Below are positions 18,500-27,828 of a stretch of DNA of 64,000 nt, in pieces (position 1 is the first letter of the stretch; every line of letters starts with the position of its first letter). The notes under the pieces were generated by a model. That model did not search any database. It was not told the DNA's origin and saw only the letters and a program-made list of their open reading frames with translations. Origin of the DNA: Acidobacteriota bacterium (GTDB lineage: Bacteria; Acidobacteriota; UBA6911; RPQK01; JAJDTT01); assembly GCA_965263035.1 (NCBI GenBank), contig OZ253580.1, forward strand, positions 5,696,001 through 5,760,000, written 5' to 3'. The position numbers and the translations under genes are program-made.

Positions 18500-19864
18500 A
18501 TGGGCTACGACGAGGCACTCTTCTCGCTGGCGCACGAGTACGCCGCAGAGTACATGAAAGCCGTCAGTGGTCGGCGGGTCGCGCCCGCGCCGGAAGACGT
18601 CGAGGCGCTTCGGAACTTCGACGAGCCGATCCCGGACGAACCGGCCAAGCCGCTCGAAACACTGCGCAAGCTGCACCGTTTCGGCTCTCCGGGAACGATG
18701 GCCCAGACGGCCGGACGCTACTTCGGGTTCGTGAACGGGGGCGTGCTGCCGGAGGCTCTGGCTTCGCGCTGGCTCATCGACTCGTGGGATCAGAACACCG
18801 CTCTGGAGGTGATGTCTCCGGTCGGCTCCCGGCTGGAGCATGTGTCCCAGAAGTGGCTCGTGGACTTGCTCGGTCTGCCGCGGCAGACCGTGGCCGGGTT
18901 CACCAACGGCACTTCGGCCGCATTGCTTTGCTGCCTGACGGCCGCGCGCCATGCGCTGCTTGAGAGGCAGGGCTGGGACGTATCGGCGCAAGGCCTCCAT
19001 GGGGCTCCCAGGATTCGGGTCCTGGGGAATCGGCACAGCCACGCGGCCGTCCTTCGAGCGTTGCAGGTTCTCGGCCTGGGGACGAACCATTTCGAACCTC
19101 TTCAGACGGATGATCAGGGCAGAATCCTCCTGTCGGCCCTTCCGGAGCTCGACGAGAGCACCCTCCTGCTCACACAGGCTGGGGATGTGAACTCGGGTTC
19201 GTTCGATCCCTTCCGTGAAATTGGCGAACGGGCGCACGAGGCCAACGCGTGGATGCATGTCGACGGCGCATTCGGCCTTTGGGCCTCAGCATCCCGCAGC
19301 ACCTGTCACCTGACGGATGGCGTGGAACTCGCCAACTCCTGGTCCGTCGATGCCCACAAGACGCTGAACGGACCGTACGAATGCGGTATCGCCCTTTGCC
19401 GCGAACGGGACGCCCTGGTCAAGGCTCTGCAGACGGACGGCTCCTATATCCCCTGGGGGGAGAAACGCGACGGGATGGCCTTTACGCTCGACATGTCGCG
19501 TCGCGCCCGCGGCGCGGAGTTGTGGGCAACCCTGCACACTCTGGGCCGCTCGGGCGTCGAGGCCCTCGTCGACCACTTGTGCGGCATGGCGCGTCGCCTG
19601 AGCCGGGCCCTTCGGGAGCTGGGATTCGTCGTGCCCAATGATGTGGTCTTCAACCAGGTCTTGGTAAAGACGAGCGATGGCTCCAACATCGGTGCAATCA
19701 TTGCTGAACTCCAACGGTCCGGAGAGTGCTGGTGCGGAGGCTCCCGCTGGCTTGGCGAGCCCGTCATCCGGGTGAGCATCTGCTCGCACTCCACCACCGA
19801 AGCCGACATCGACCGCACGGCCGCCGCGTTCGACGCCGCGCGTCGCCGGGTCGCCGGGTCGTGA
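18500..19864 (+). CDS. PLP-dependent group II (aromatic-L-amino-acid-type) decarboxylase
   Basis: RYFGFVNGG, WMHVDGAFG, SWSVDAHKTLN (PLP lysine), SRRARG. Confidence 0.9.
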   Translation: MGYDEALFSLAHEYAAEYMKAVSGRRVAPAPEDVEALRNFDEPIPDEPAKPLETLRKLHRFGSPGTMAQTAGRYFGFVNGGVLPEALASRWLIDSWDQNTALEVMSPVGSRLEHVSQKWLVDLLGLPRQTVAGFTNGTSAALLCCLTAARHALLERQGWDVSAQGLHGAPRIRVLGNRHSHAAVLRALQVLGLGTNHFEPLQTDDQGRILLSALPELDESTLLLTQAGDVNSGSFDPFREIGERAHEANAWMHVDGAFGLWASASRSTCHLTDGVELANSWSVDAHKTLNGPYECGIALCRERDALVKALQTDGSYIPWGEKRDGMAFTLDMSRRARGAELWATLHTLGRSGVEALVDHLCGMARRLSRALRELGFVVPNDVVFNQVLVKTSDGSNIGAIIAELQRSGECWCGGSRWLGEPVIRVSICSHSTTEADIDRTAAAFDAARRRVAGS

Positions 19865-19885
19865 TGGACGCTACCGGTTTATCGC

Positions 19886-19914
19886 GGGAGAAGGGGACAG
19901 TCACCTTCTCTCTT
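19886..19914 (+). repeat. Short palindromic repeat, copy 2
   Basis: GGGAGAAGGGGACAGTCACCTTCTCTCTT. Confidence 0.7.
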
Positions 19915-20006
19915 CTCCTTCACTTGGCCCCACGGATAGTGTCGTCGTAAGGGTGTTGTGACTATCCGCGGCGCGGCCGCAGGCCGTCGCGTCTTGACAT
20001 CGACGG

Positions 20007-20565
20007 TCAGAAGGCGTCCGGCTGGCAATCGTAGTCGGAAGAAGCGGGCGCCAGAGGCGGGGCGGGGGAAGGCAGGCCCAGGCACTCAAGGACTTTTACT
20101 GTGGCCGTGGACGGACAAATTGCTGCAACGATTCTCACCCTGCCGCCGCAATGTTCACACTGAAGAACGTCCACCAGAAAGACGCGCTTCATCAACTCCG
20201 CCCAGGAGTCTGCGCGGTAGAAATGATCGTAGCGAGAAAGTGGGGAATCGAGGCCGGATTTTCTCGATTTGGAGGTGCATAGTTGTTCTATTCGCCGAGA
20301 AATCGGGGAAATATGGACCGATTCTACCGCTTTCGCAGTAGATCAATTTCTGCGGCGCAGGCTCCTAGGTATAGTTGCGATCGCGCACAGAAAACTCCGC
20401 GCAGGGCTCAGCCTCGACAGTCGGCACGGCGGATTGCTGGGCGGCAGGCTGCGGTTTCACTTCGGTCTCCCTGCCCTTGTCATTCTCGGTTGGAACGATC
20501 AGGGATCGCCACGCTACGGCAGGGCCAAGTACTCCGTGACACCTCGTCAGGTGAGCGCGTGGCGC
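20007..20565 (-). pseudogene. IS91-family (HUH) transposase C-terminal remnant interrupted by a MITE
   Basis: PRAHLTRCHGVLGP..WRSLIVP..RNYT | WAELMKRVFLVDVLQCEHCGGRVRIVAAI..LGLPSPAPP, continuous once the MITE is removed. Confidence 0.8.
20206..20364 (+). mobile_element. MITE family A, copy 1 (159 bp)
   Basis: TIRs GAGTCTGCGCGGTAGAAAT / ATTTCTGCGGCGCAGGCTC; flanks CCAG and CTAG. Confidence 0.9.
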
Positions 20566-20678
20566 TTCTGATTTTCCTCTGCGGCGACCGTTTTTTCTAT
20601 TGATGGCGAAAAATGACGCCATTTTTACTATCAATAGACAATACTTCCCAATTCCACCTCGCCATGAGTTCCCCTGCG

Positions 20679-21797
20679 CTACGACGATGACCGGGAATCG
20701 AGCCGGTGAATCGTCGCCGCTTCCATGCCCTCCCAGTCGATCTCCACGCCCAGGCCGGGCCCCGAAGGCGCGACGACATGTCCGTCCGGCCCGGTCCGGA
20801 TCACGTCGTGCATGCCGTATTCGTAGGGTTCCCAAGGCACCGCTTGCTCGAAGTACGTGCTCAGCCCGGTCCCCAGCATCAGGTGGAGGTTGGCGGCGGA
20901 GACCAGCGTGTTGCCCCAGGACATGATCTCGCACCGCATGCCCGCGGCTTCCACCGCGGACAGATACTTCCGGCCCCCCGTGAACCCGCCGGCGACCGTG
21001 ACATCGGTCCGCGCCGCCGACCAACATCGGGTCGCCAATGCGTGCTGGAACGCCGTCAGGTCCTGAATCCAATTCCCGGAGGGAATGATCGGAACCTCAA
21101 CGCTCCTGGTCAGCTCGCGGTAACCCGGCAGGTCGTAGTCCAGCAGCGGAGCCTCGAACCAGGTGAACCCCAGGTCATGCAGCTCCGCTCCGACCCGCCG
21201 GGCACTCCGCAGGTCGTAGTTGTTTTCCACATCCAGCATGAAGGCCACGTCGCCGCCGAATTCCTTGCTCGCCGCGCGGGCCAGCTCGAGGTCTTTTTCC
21301 GGCAGACACCAACAGTGGAACTTCACCGCTCGAAAGCCGAGTTCGATCATTTCTTCGACAAAGCGGAGATACGCCGGAACATCGTCCAGCAGCGGCGTGC
21401 TGGCATACGACGGGATTCGATCCATCGCGCCGCCCAAGAGTTGATGGATGGGAAGTCCGGCCGCCTTGCCCCTCAGATCCCACAACGCGATGTCGATGAC
21501 AGACAGGGCTTGCGGCGGAAGGGGAAAAACCCGCGGCCACAGACTCTGCCAGATCTCCTCCCGCGCCGCCGCATCCCGGCCCACCAGCCCCGGAATCAGG
21601 TGCCGCAGCGTCTCGCAGGTGTAGCGATCGTAATCGTAGGAGGTGTAATTCGAGACGCCGCCGACGCCCTCGTGGCCGTCCTTCGTCGTGATCCGCACGA
21701 TGGTATTGGTCATGTACTGTTCACCCAGGTCGTGCGACCACGTAAAGCGCTGAACCTTCGGCGCCACCACCATGACTTCGACCCGTTCTATCTGCAT
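20679..21797 (-). CDS. Mandelate racemase/muconate lactonizing enzyme family enolase
   Basis: IDIALWDLRGKAAGLPIHQLLGG, KFH, MLD, WFEAP, PGLGVEID. Confidence 0.9.
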   Translation of the reverse strand: MQIERVEVMVVAPKVQRFTWSHDLGEQYMTNTIVRITTKDGHEGVGGVSNYTSYDYDRYTCETLRHLIPGLVGRDAAAREEIWQSLWPRVFPLPPQALSVIDIALWDLRGKAAGLPIHQLLGGAMDRIPSYASTPLLDDVPAYLRFVEEMIELGFRAVKFHCWCLPEKDLELARAASKEFGGDVAFMLDVENNYDLRSARRVGAELHDLGFTWFEAPLLDYDLPGYRELTRSVEVPIIPSGNWIQDLTAFQHALATRCWSAARTDVTVAGGFTGGRKYLSAVEAAGMRCEIMSWGNTLVSAANLHLMLGTGLSTYFEQAVPWEPYEYGMHDVIRTGPDGHVVAPSGPGLGVEIDWEGMEAATIHRLDSRSSS

Positions 21798-21926
21798 GAG
21801 AACCGTCCTCCTGAGGCGATGAGGTTCTGTCCTTGCCGGCCCTTTCTCCTGCGGAAGGAGTTGAGGTTCCCGAGCCCGAAGTTCTCAGCAGGGGCGCGAG
21901 GACTCTTGGGATGGGCTCTTGGCCCA

Positions 21927-22718
21927 TCAGTGTCCGGCGATGATGTCCTGGAGCTGCTTGCCTTTGTCTTTCCAGAAGGAGTAGAGGATCCCCAGGTCGC
22001 CGCCGAGGATGAAATGGCGCACGCCCATATCCAGGTAGGGGCGGGCGTCCCCGGGGGAATGGATTCCCACCTTCGGGTGCACCCCCATCTTCAGGGAGGT
22101 TCGGATCACCCGGTTCCGGGCCGCGGTGATCTCGGGGTCGTCCCACTGGCCCGGCTTGCCGATGTTCAGGGAAAAATCGGCGGCCCCGAACTGGACCATG
22201 TCGATGCCTTCCACGTCCAGAATCGCCTCCAGGTTGTCCACCGCCGATTTCTTCTCGATCATGAGAGCTACGACCGAGTTCTCCAGAATACTCACATAGG
22301 CGTCCGGACCGTCCAGGAAGTACCGGGACACCCGCCGGTCGCCATAGCCCTGATGCCCCACTGATCCCGGGGTCTCGGGTTTCATGGCGGCGACGCATTG
22401 CCGGGCTTCCTCCGGCGTGCGGACGTCGGCGAAGAGGACGTTCTGAATGCCCGCTCCGATGGCCCGGGCCGCCATGAAGGTCCTGGGTTCCTGGTCGATC
22501 TTGATCATGGCGGACAGATGGGGAAACAACTCGGTGACGCGGGCGAAGTGATCCATCCAATGCAGGTCGTAGGGAACGTATTCGGCCTCGAATTCCACGT
22601 AGTCGAAGGTGCCGGCGTGTCCCAGCATTTCCACCACGTCGGGCGAGGAGGTGTAGATGTTGGTGGACACCGTGGTCTCACCGGCGTCGAGCTTCTGGCG
22701 CAGTCGGTTGGGTTTCAT
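21927..22718 (-). CDS. HpcH/HpaI aldolase family protein
   Basis: FDYVEFEAEY, ALMIEKKSAVDNLEAIL..GIDMVQFGAADFS. Confidence 0.85.
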   Translation of the reverse strand: MKPNRLRQKLDAGETTVSTNIYTSSPDVVEMLGHAGTFDYVEFEAEYVPYDLHWMDHFARVTELFPHLSAMIKIDQEPRTFMAARAIGAGIQNVLFADVRTPEEARQCVAAMKPETPGSVGHQGYGDRRVSRYFLDGPDAYVSILENSVVALMIEKKSAVDNLEAILDVEGIDMVQFGAADFSLNIGKPGQWDDPEITAARNRVIRTSLKMGVHPKVGIHSPGDARPYLDMGVRHFILGGDLGILYSFWKDKGKQLQDIIAGH

Positions 22719-22805
22719 TCAGACTCCTTTTCTGGGGGGCAAGGATGACAGAAGAATCTGTCATTATGATATCCGCACTCCAACAGACTGGGATAGAAGC
22801 AGACC

Positions 22806-23858
22806 ATGCCTTCCGCACCCTTGCGAGGCCGCGGCGCCGCCGAGAATCCGGCCAATCGTTTCGAGCCGATTCACTACGTTCCCGACCCGGAAGACGAAGA
22901 GACCCACCCGGATACCCGTCTCTACCGGGACAGCAGCCGGACCATCCTGGCTCGGAACCAGAGTCCGGACGTTGGTTTCGAATTCAGCGTGAACCCCTAC
23001 CGGGGGTGCGAGCACGGTTGCAGCTACTGTTATGCCCGCCCCTACCACGAGTATCTGGGGCTCTCGGCCGGACTGGACTTCGAGACCCGGATCCTGGTCA
23101 AGGAGGACGCTCCCCAGTTGCTGCGGCAGGAACTCCTGTCCCGCAAATGGGAACCGCAGACCATCGCCATCAGCGGGGTCACCGACGCCTATCAGCCTGC
23201 GGAACGCCGGTTGGGCATCACCCGCGCCTGTCTCGAGGTCCTGGTGGAGTTCGGCAATCCGGCGGCCGTCGTCACCAAGAACTACCTGGTGACCCGGGAT
23301 GCCGACCTGCTCTCGGAACTGGCGGAAAAGGACGCGGCCTCGGTGAATCTCTCCATCACCACGCTCGATCCCAAGCTTCAGAGGGCGATGGAGCCCCGGG
23401 CCTCCACGCCGTCGGCCCGGCTGGCGGCCGTTCGAGAACTGTCCCAGCAGGGAATTCCGGTCCGGGTAATGGTGGGTCCCGTCATCCCCGGTCTCACGGA
23501 GCATGAGATCCCTTCCATCTTGGAGGCCGCCTCCGAGGCGGGAGCCACCGCGGCCTCCTACATCCTGTTGCGGCTCCCCCACGGCGTAAAGGAACTCTTC
23601 GAGGCCTGGTTGGAACGCTGCTACCCGGAGAGAAAGCAACGGGTCCTGAACCGGGTCCGGGAAACACGGGGCGGAAGTCTCTACTCCTCCGAGTTTCACG
23701 AGCGCATGAAGGGCACCGGCGTCTACGCCCGCCAGATCGGCGAGCTCTTTCAGGTCAGTTGCCGCCGCCTGGGGCTGAACCGTAAGTCCATGGCCCTTTC
23801 CACCGCTGCCTTTCGCCGCCCTGGAGAGCACCGCCAACTGGACCTGTTTCCCGGTTAG
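22806..23858 (+). CDS. Radical SAM protein, PA0069 / spore photoproduct lyase-like family
   Basis: NPYRGCEHGCSYCYARP, TDAYQPAE, MEPRAS, QLDLF tail. Confidence 0.92.
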   Translation: MPSAPLRGRGAAENPANRFEPIHYVPDPEDEETHPDTRLYRDSSRTILARNQSPDVGFEFSVNPYRGCEHGCSYCYARPYHEYLGLSAGLDFETRILVKEDAPQLLRQELLSRKWEPQTIAISGVTDAYQPAERRLGITRACLEVLVEFGNPAAVVTKNYLVTRDADLLSELAEKDAASVNLSITTLDPKLQRAMEPRASTPSARLAAVRELSQQGIPVRVMVGPVIPGLTEHEIPSILEAASEAGATAASYILLRLPHGVKELFEAWLERCYPERKQRVLNRVRETRGGSLYSSEFHERMKGTGVYARQIGELFQVSCRRLGLNRKSMALSTAAFRRPGEHRQLDLFPG

Positions 23859-23924
23859 AACAAACCGACGTTGTGCCGTTCGGTTGAGAAATCCGCACAA
23901 TACAGAGGAGTGATCCTCACTTGG

Positions 23925-24359
23925 TCACGGCATCATCACGGCGATGCCTGGAAGATGGAAGCGCTCGAAATCGGAAACGTTGTAGGTAAGTATCCGGTTT
24001 GCGGATGCCTTCTGTGCACACCGCGCATGCAGTGCATCGTAGATCACACCGCTTGCGAGCCCCAGTTTGGCGACCTGCCGGAGTACGCTCTGGTAATCCT
24101 CGACGGTGAGCTCAATCACCGCCAGGCGCTCCACGAGGCTATCCTGGACCAAAGCTCGTGCCTCGTCAGGCAGGACTCGCGTCGGCAACGGCAGGGCGGT
24201 CAGCGTCGCATAACACTCAGCCAAGGCATGGGTCGAGCAGAACCCTTGGTGTTTCCCGCTGGTATACCGGTGAAGCGCGCCGAATGCGGCTTCGTGATTC
24301 CCAAGCTGATCGACCACTGCAGTGACCAGTACCGAGGTATCGAACAACGTGCGCATCAA
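23925..24359 (-). CDS. vapC: PIN-domain toxin (VapC-like)
   Basis: FDTSVL, ALAE, IYDALH, TYNVSDF. Confidence 0.85.
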   Translation of the reverse strand: MMRTLFDTSVLVTAVVDQLGNHEAAFGALHRYTSGKHQGFCSTHALAECYATLTALPLPTRVLPDEARALVQDSLVERLAVIELTVEDYQSVLRQVAKLGLASGVIYDALHARCAQKASANRILTYNVSDFERFHLPGIAVMMP

Positions 24360-24625
24360 TCGGATACCCTTGGTGGGGTGCGGCGACTGCGTGCGTCTCG
24401 TTCAGCACGGATGAACTCCGTGATGTCCAGGGTCGTTCGAGCGGTACCATGATGCACCAGGATTCCTTTCTTGCGAATCAGCGACGGTGCGGCGCCGATC
24501 TTGTGCAGCCTCAGGCCGTTCGCGGTGCCTTCGATCTCTAACTCCGTCCCGGCCACCAGATTGAAGCGATCACGCAACAACTTCGGCACGACCACTCTCC
24601 CGGCCCGGTCAATGGTAATAATCAT
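24356..24625 (-). CDS. vapB: AbrB/MazE-family antitoxin (VapB-like)
   Basis: ITIDRAGRVVVPK.LR; 4-bp overlap with the PIN gene. Confidence 0.85.
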   Translation of the reverse strand: MIITIDRAGRVVVPKLLRDRFNLVAGTELEIEGTANGLRLHKIGAAPSLIRKKGILVHHGTARTTLDITEFIRAERDARSRRTPPRVSD

Positions 24626-24685
24626 GGCATCATGGTATTAAGAATGGCACTTAGCGTCAAGACGTCATGACAAGGAGGAGGAGAG

Positions 24686-24710
24686 TGGGGGACAAGAATG
24701 TCCCCCCTCC
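24686..24710 (-). repeat. Single GGAG-foot REP
   Basis: TGGGGGACAAGAATGTCCCCCCTCC, identical to 27798-27822. Confidence 0.8.
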
Positions 24711-24773
24711 TGGTCGCTCATAGTAGACTGGGCGTCGCCAATACGGACAGATTCAAGATAAGGGAGTATCAGC

Positions 24774-25829
24774 ATGAACAGGAAGCACACCCTCCTCACC
24801 GCGTTGATCGGGCTCTTCGCGGCGGCGATCACTGTCGCTGCCGTCTTGCAGCCTCCGGCCCCCGCCAAGAAGTGGCAGGCGGGGAAGGGCTGGGGTTGGG
24901 TCTGGGGCAAGGACGACGAAGTGGGGGCGCTCAACGAGATGACCGATGCCTCGCGCCTCGCCGCCCTGAAGATGGTCCGGAAGGGAAGGGTCTTCGATCT
25001 GGGACTGAGCTACGACCGGACGTCCTACAAGTGGCCCGGCCACAGTCCGGGCGAGATCATCATGTTCCGGTCTCCCGACGGCGTGAAGAGCCAGAAGGAC
25101 ATCCCGGGGGTGATCCAGGACAATCCCTCCTTGACCGCCTGGCACAGTTGCGCCCTTTTCATCAACGACAACGTGGCGACCCAGATCGACGGGCTGGGGC
25201 ATGCCACCCAGGGGAAGGACAACCATTGGTACAACGGCTTCAAGGAGTCGGATGCGGCAGGCGACTGGGGTATCCGGAAATGCGACGCCACCACCATTCC
25301 CCCCATCGTAGCCCGCGGGGTCATGATCGACGTCGCCGCCTACAGGGGTGTGAAGGTGCTGCCCTCCAACTATGAGATCACCCCGGCGGATCTTCAGGGC
25401 GCGCTCAAGAAGCAGGGAACCACGCTCCGGTTCGGAGACGTGGTCCTGGTCCGGACCGGGACGACCCAATTCTGGGGGACGGCCGGATCGGATCACGAGA
25501 CCATCGACCGGCATGACTCTGCCGGCATCAACCTGGATTCCGCCCGCTGGCTGGTGGAGCAGAAAGGAGCCATCATGGTCGGCGGGGACACCAGCGGGGT
25601 GGAATACAAGCCTACGGCGGCGGACAACAAGGCCTATCGTGAGAAATACGGCTCCTTCATGCCGGTCCACAATTACCTGCTGATCGAGCAGGGAGTCCAC
25701 ATCGCGGAGTTTCATGCCCTGGAGGAGCTCTCTCACAACGGCGTCTACGAATTCGCCTACATCTGCACCGTGAACAAGATCCGAGGCACCGTAGCGGGGT
25801 TTGTCCTGCGTCCCATCGCCGTCACCTGA
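24774..25829 (+). CDS. Secreted cyclase/kynurenine-formamidase family metal hydrolase
   Basis: Signal peptide, WGKDDEVGALN, TQIDGLGH, GDVVLVRTG, PVHNYLL. Confidence 0.88.
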   Translation: MNRKHTLLTALIGLFAAAITVAAVLQPPAPAKKWQAGKGWGWVWGKDDEVGALNEMTDASRLAALKMVRKGRVFDLGLSYDRTSYKWPGHSPGEIIMFRSPDGVKSQKDIPGVIQDNPSLTAWHSCALFINDNVATQIDGLGHATQGKDNHWYNGFKESDAAGDWGIRKCDATTIPPIVARGVMIDVAAYRGVKVLPSNYEITPADLQGALKKQGTTLRFGDVVLVRTGTTQFWGTAGSDHETIDRHDSAGINLDSARWLVEQKGAIMVGGDTSGVEYKPTAADNKAYREKYGSFMPVHNYLLIEQGVHIAEFHALEELSHNGVYEFAYICTVNKIRGTVAGFVLRPIAVT

Positions 25830-25855
25830 GACCCATCGCGACTAAGGAGAAAGAA

Positions 25856-27433
25856 ATGCGACACCAAGGAACAACGTTGATCTTCGGATTAGCTCTGATG
25901 CTGGCGGCCGGATCGGCCGCGTCGGGTGCGGGTTCGGGCTCGGGTCTTGCCGAAATCGGCTCCCGGACTCAGCTCTTCGTGGATGACTACATGATTCAGC
26001 ATCTGTCCAACGCCAAGCAGGTGCTCAATCCGGCCCAGAAGCACCCGAACAATCCCCTTATCTCCGCCGACCGTCCCTGGGAAGGACACTATCTCGGTCT
26101 CAGCCGCGTCTTCTACGACGAGGAAGAGGGCGTGTTCAAGATGTGGTACCGGAGCAACAACGGCTTCAAGGTCAAGAAAGGCGCCGACATCACCGATTAC
26201 AAGTGGACCGAGAAGGGCGTGGTCCGCGAGAAGGTCCATTCGGCGGAGAGCTACAGCTTCGAAGGCAACGCGAACGGCGACGATTGGTTGACCTGTGTCG
26301 CCACCTCACGGGACGGTGTGATCTGGGAAAAGCCCAGTCTCGGAAAGGTGGAATTCAACGGCTCGACCCGCAACAACATCCTGCCCGAGGAGAGCCGGGT
26401 CCCCACCTTCCGCGACCCCAATGCCACCGACCCGGCCAAACGGTACGTCTCCTTGGGGACCCGGCGCGGGCCCGCTGGGAAACCGGGTTTCATGCTCGAC
26501 CTGTACCACTCGCCCGACGGGTTCAACTGGACGCCCTACGAGAACAACCCGGTTTTGGACACGTCGCCGGAGCCGGGACGGTGGGGACCCACCGTGTTCA
26601 TGGGATGGGATCCTATCCGGAAGGTGTACGCCGCCCACATCGAGAGTTGCCTCCACCGCGCGTGTCCGCTGGGGAAACGGATCATCGGCCGGGCCGAGAG
26701 TCCCGACCTGATCAATTGGGGCCGGGACCAGTTGATCGTCCTGCCCGACGAGGAGGATTCGCCCGACACCGAGTTCTACGCCATGGCTCCCTTCGACTAC
26801 GACGGGGTCTACCTGGCATTCATCCTCATCTTCCGGACCACCAACACCTGGCACTATCCCGAACTGGCCATGAGCCGGGACGGACTCCACTACGAGCGCA
26901 ACTACCGGGAGCCCTTCATCCGGCTGGGAGACTTCGGGGACTTCGACGAATCGACCGTCTACGTCTTCCAGGCTCCCATCGTCCACGGGGACAAGGTCCT
27001 GGTCTACTACTACGGTGGGAACTGGCGCGGCGCCGAAGCGTTGCATGAGAAGGGAGACAAGGGCATCTTCGCCATCGGTCTGGCCACTGTCCGCCGGGAC
27101 GGCTTCGTCTCGGTGGATGCGGGCAAGCTCCGGCCCGGACGACTGGTGACCCGGCCCTTCAGCTTCCAGGGGGACGGCCTCCACGTGACCATGGAGGCGG
27201 CCAAGCACAACTGGGGATCGGGCGTTCCAGAGCTCCGGGTGGAGATCCTGGACTCCAACCAGCGGCCGATTCCGGGCTTCACTCTGGAGGACTCCGACCC
27301 GATCCGAACCAGCGGCCGGCACCGCATGACGTGGCAGGGAAGAAAAGACGTGGGTGGACTGGAGGGTACGGCCGTACAGCTGAGGTTCCACTTCAAGAAC
27401 GCCAAGCTCTTCTCGTTCCAGTTCCAGCCCTAG
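25856..27433 (+). CDS. Secreted beta-propeller glycoside-hydrolase-like protein
   Basis: Signal peptide, QLFVDD, repeated SxDGxxW Asp-boxes, IGLATVRRDGFVS. Confidence 0.75.
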   Translation: MRHQGTTLIFGLALMLAAGSAASGAGSGSGLAEIGSRTQLFVDDYMIQHLSNAKQVLNPAQKHPNNPLISADRPWEGHYLGLSRVFYDEEEGVFKMWYRSNNGFKVKKGADITDYKWTEKGVVREKVHSAESYSFEGNANGDDWLTCVATSRDGVIWEKPSLGKVEFNGSTRNNILPEESRVPTFRDPNATDPAKRYVSLGTRRGPAGKPGFMLDLYHSPDGFNWTPYENNPVLDTSPEPGRWGPTVFMGWDPIRKVYAAHIESCLHRACPLGKRIIGRAESPDLINWGRDQLIVLPDEEDSPDTEFYAMAPFDYDGVYLAFILIFRTTNTWHYPELAMSRDGLHYERNYREPFIRLGDFGDFDESTVYVFQAPIVHGDKVLVYYYGGNWRGAEALHEKGDKGIFAIGLATVRRDGFVSVDAGKLRPGRLVTRPFSFQGDGLHVTMEAAKHNWGSGVPELRVEILDSNQRPIPGFTLEDSDPIRTSGRHRMTWQGRKDVGGLEGTAVQLRFHFKNAKLFSFQFQP

Positions 27434-27542
27434 GAGGCTGTCCGAGAACTCGAAAAATCATAGTTTTTGAAAACTTAACCCTTTATAAATCAATAGTTTA
27501 CAAACAATACTTTTTGAAAATAGTCTATTCTCGGACAGCCTC
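27434..27542. mobile_element. MITE family B (109 bp, AT-rich)
   Basis: Perfect 15-bp TIRs GAGGCTGTCCGAGAA / TTCTCGGACAGCCTC; CTAG on both sides. Confidence 0.88.
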
Positions 27543-27546
27543 CTAG

Positions 27547-27704
27547 GAGTCTGCGCCGTAGAAATGATCGTAGCGAGAAAGTGGGGAATCGAGGCCAGAT
27601 TTTCTCGATTTGGAGGTGCATAGTCGTTCTATTCGCCGAGAAATCGAGGAAATATGGACCGATTCACCGCTTTCGCAGTAGATTGATTTCTACGGCGCAG
27701 GCTC
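27547..27704 (+). mobile_element. MITE family A, copy 2 (158 bp)
   Basis: 19-bp TIRs with one mismatch; CTAG on both sides. Confidence 0.9.
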
Positions 27705-27707
27705 CTA

Positions 27708-27822
27708 GGAGCGGCGACTTTCTAGTCGCCGACAGGGGGGCAGGGGGGACGGAGTCCCCACTCCGCGTAGCGTCTTCCAAGTTGGCGAAACGAAGAATGG
27801 GGGACAAGAATGTCCCCCCTCC
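27708..27822. repeat. REP doublet (REPIN-like)
   Basis: GGAGCGGCGACTTTCTAGTCGCC ... GGGGGACAAGAATGTCCCCCCTCC; internal hairpin shared with 49954-50085. Confidence 0.8.
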
Positions 27823-27828
27823 TGACCC

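Noticed and set aside
19930-19971. oriIS end of the IS91-type remnant
   Set aside because: An inverted repeat (CGGATAGT..ACTATCCG) is present, but I could not match it to the IS91/ISCR terminal consensus.
20269-20368. Recurrent small ORFs such as MEVHSCSIRRE and MFYSPRNRGN at several loci
   Set aside because: They are translations of the MITE body, and indels between copies break the frames.
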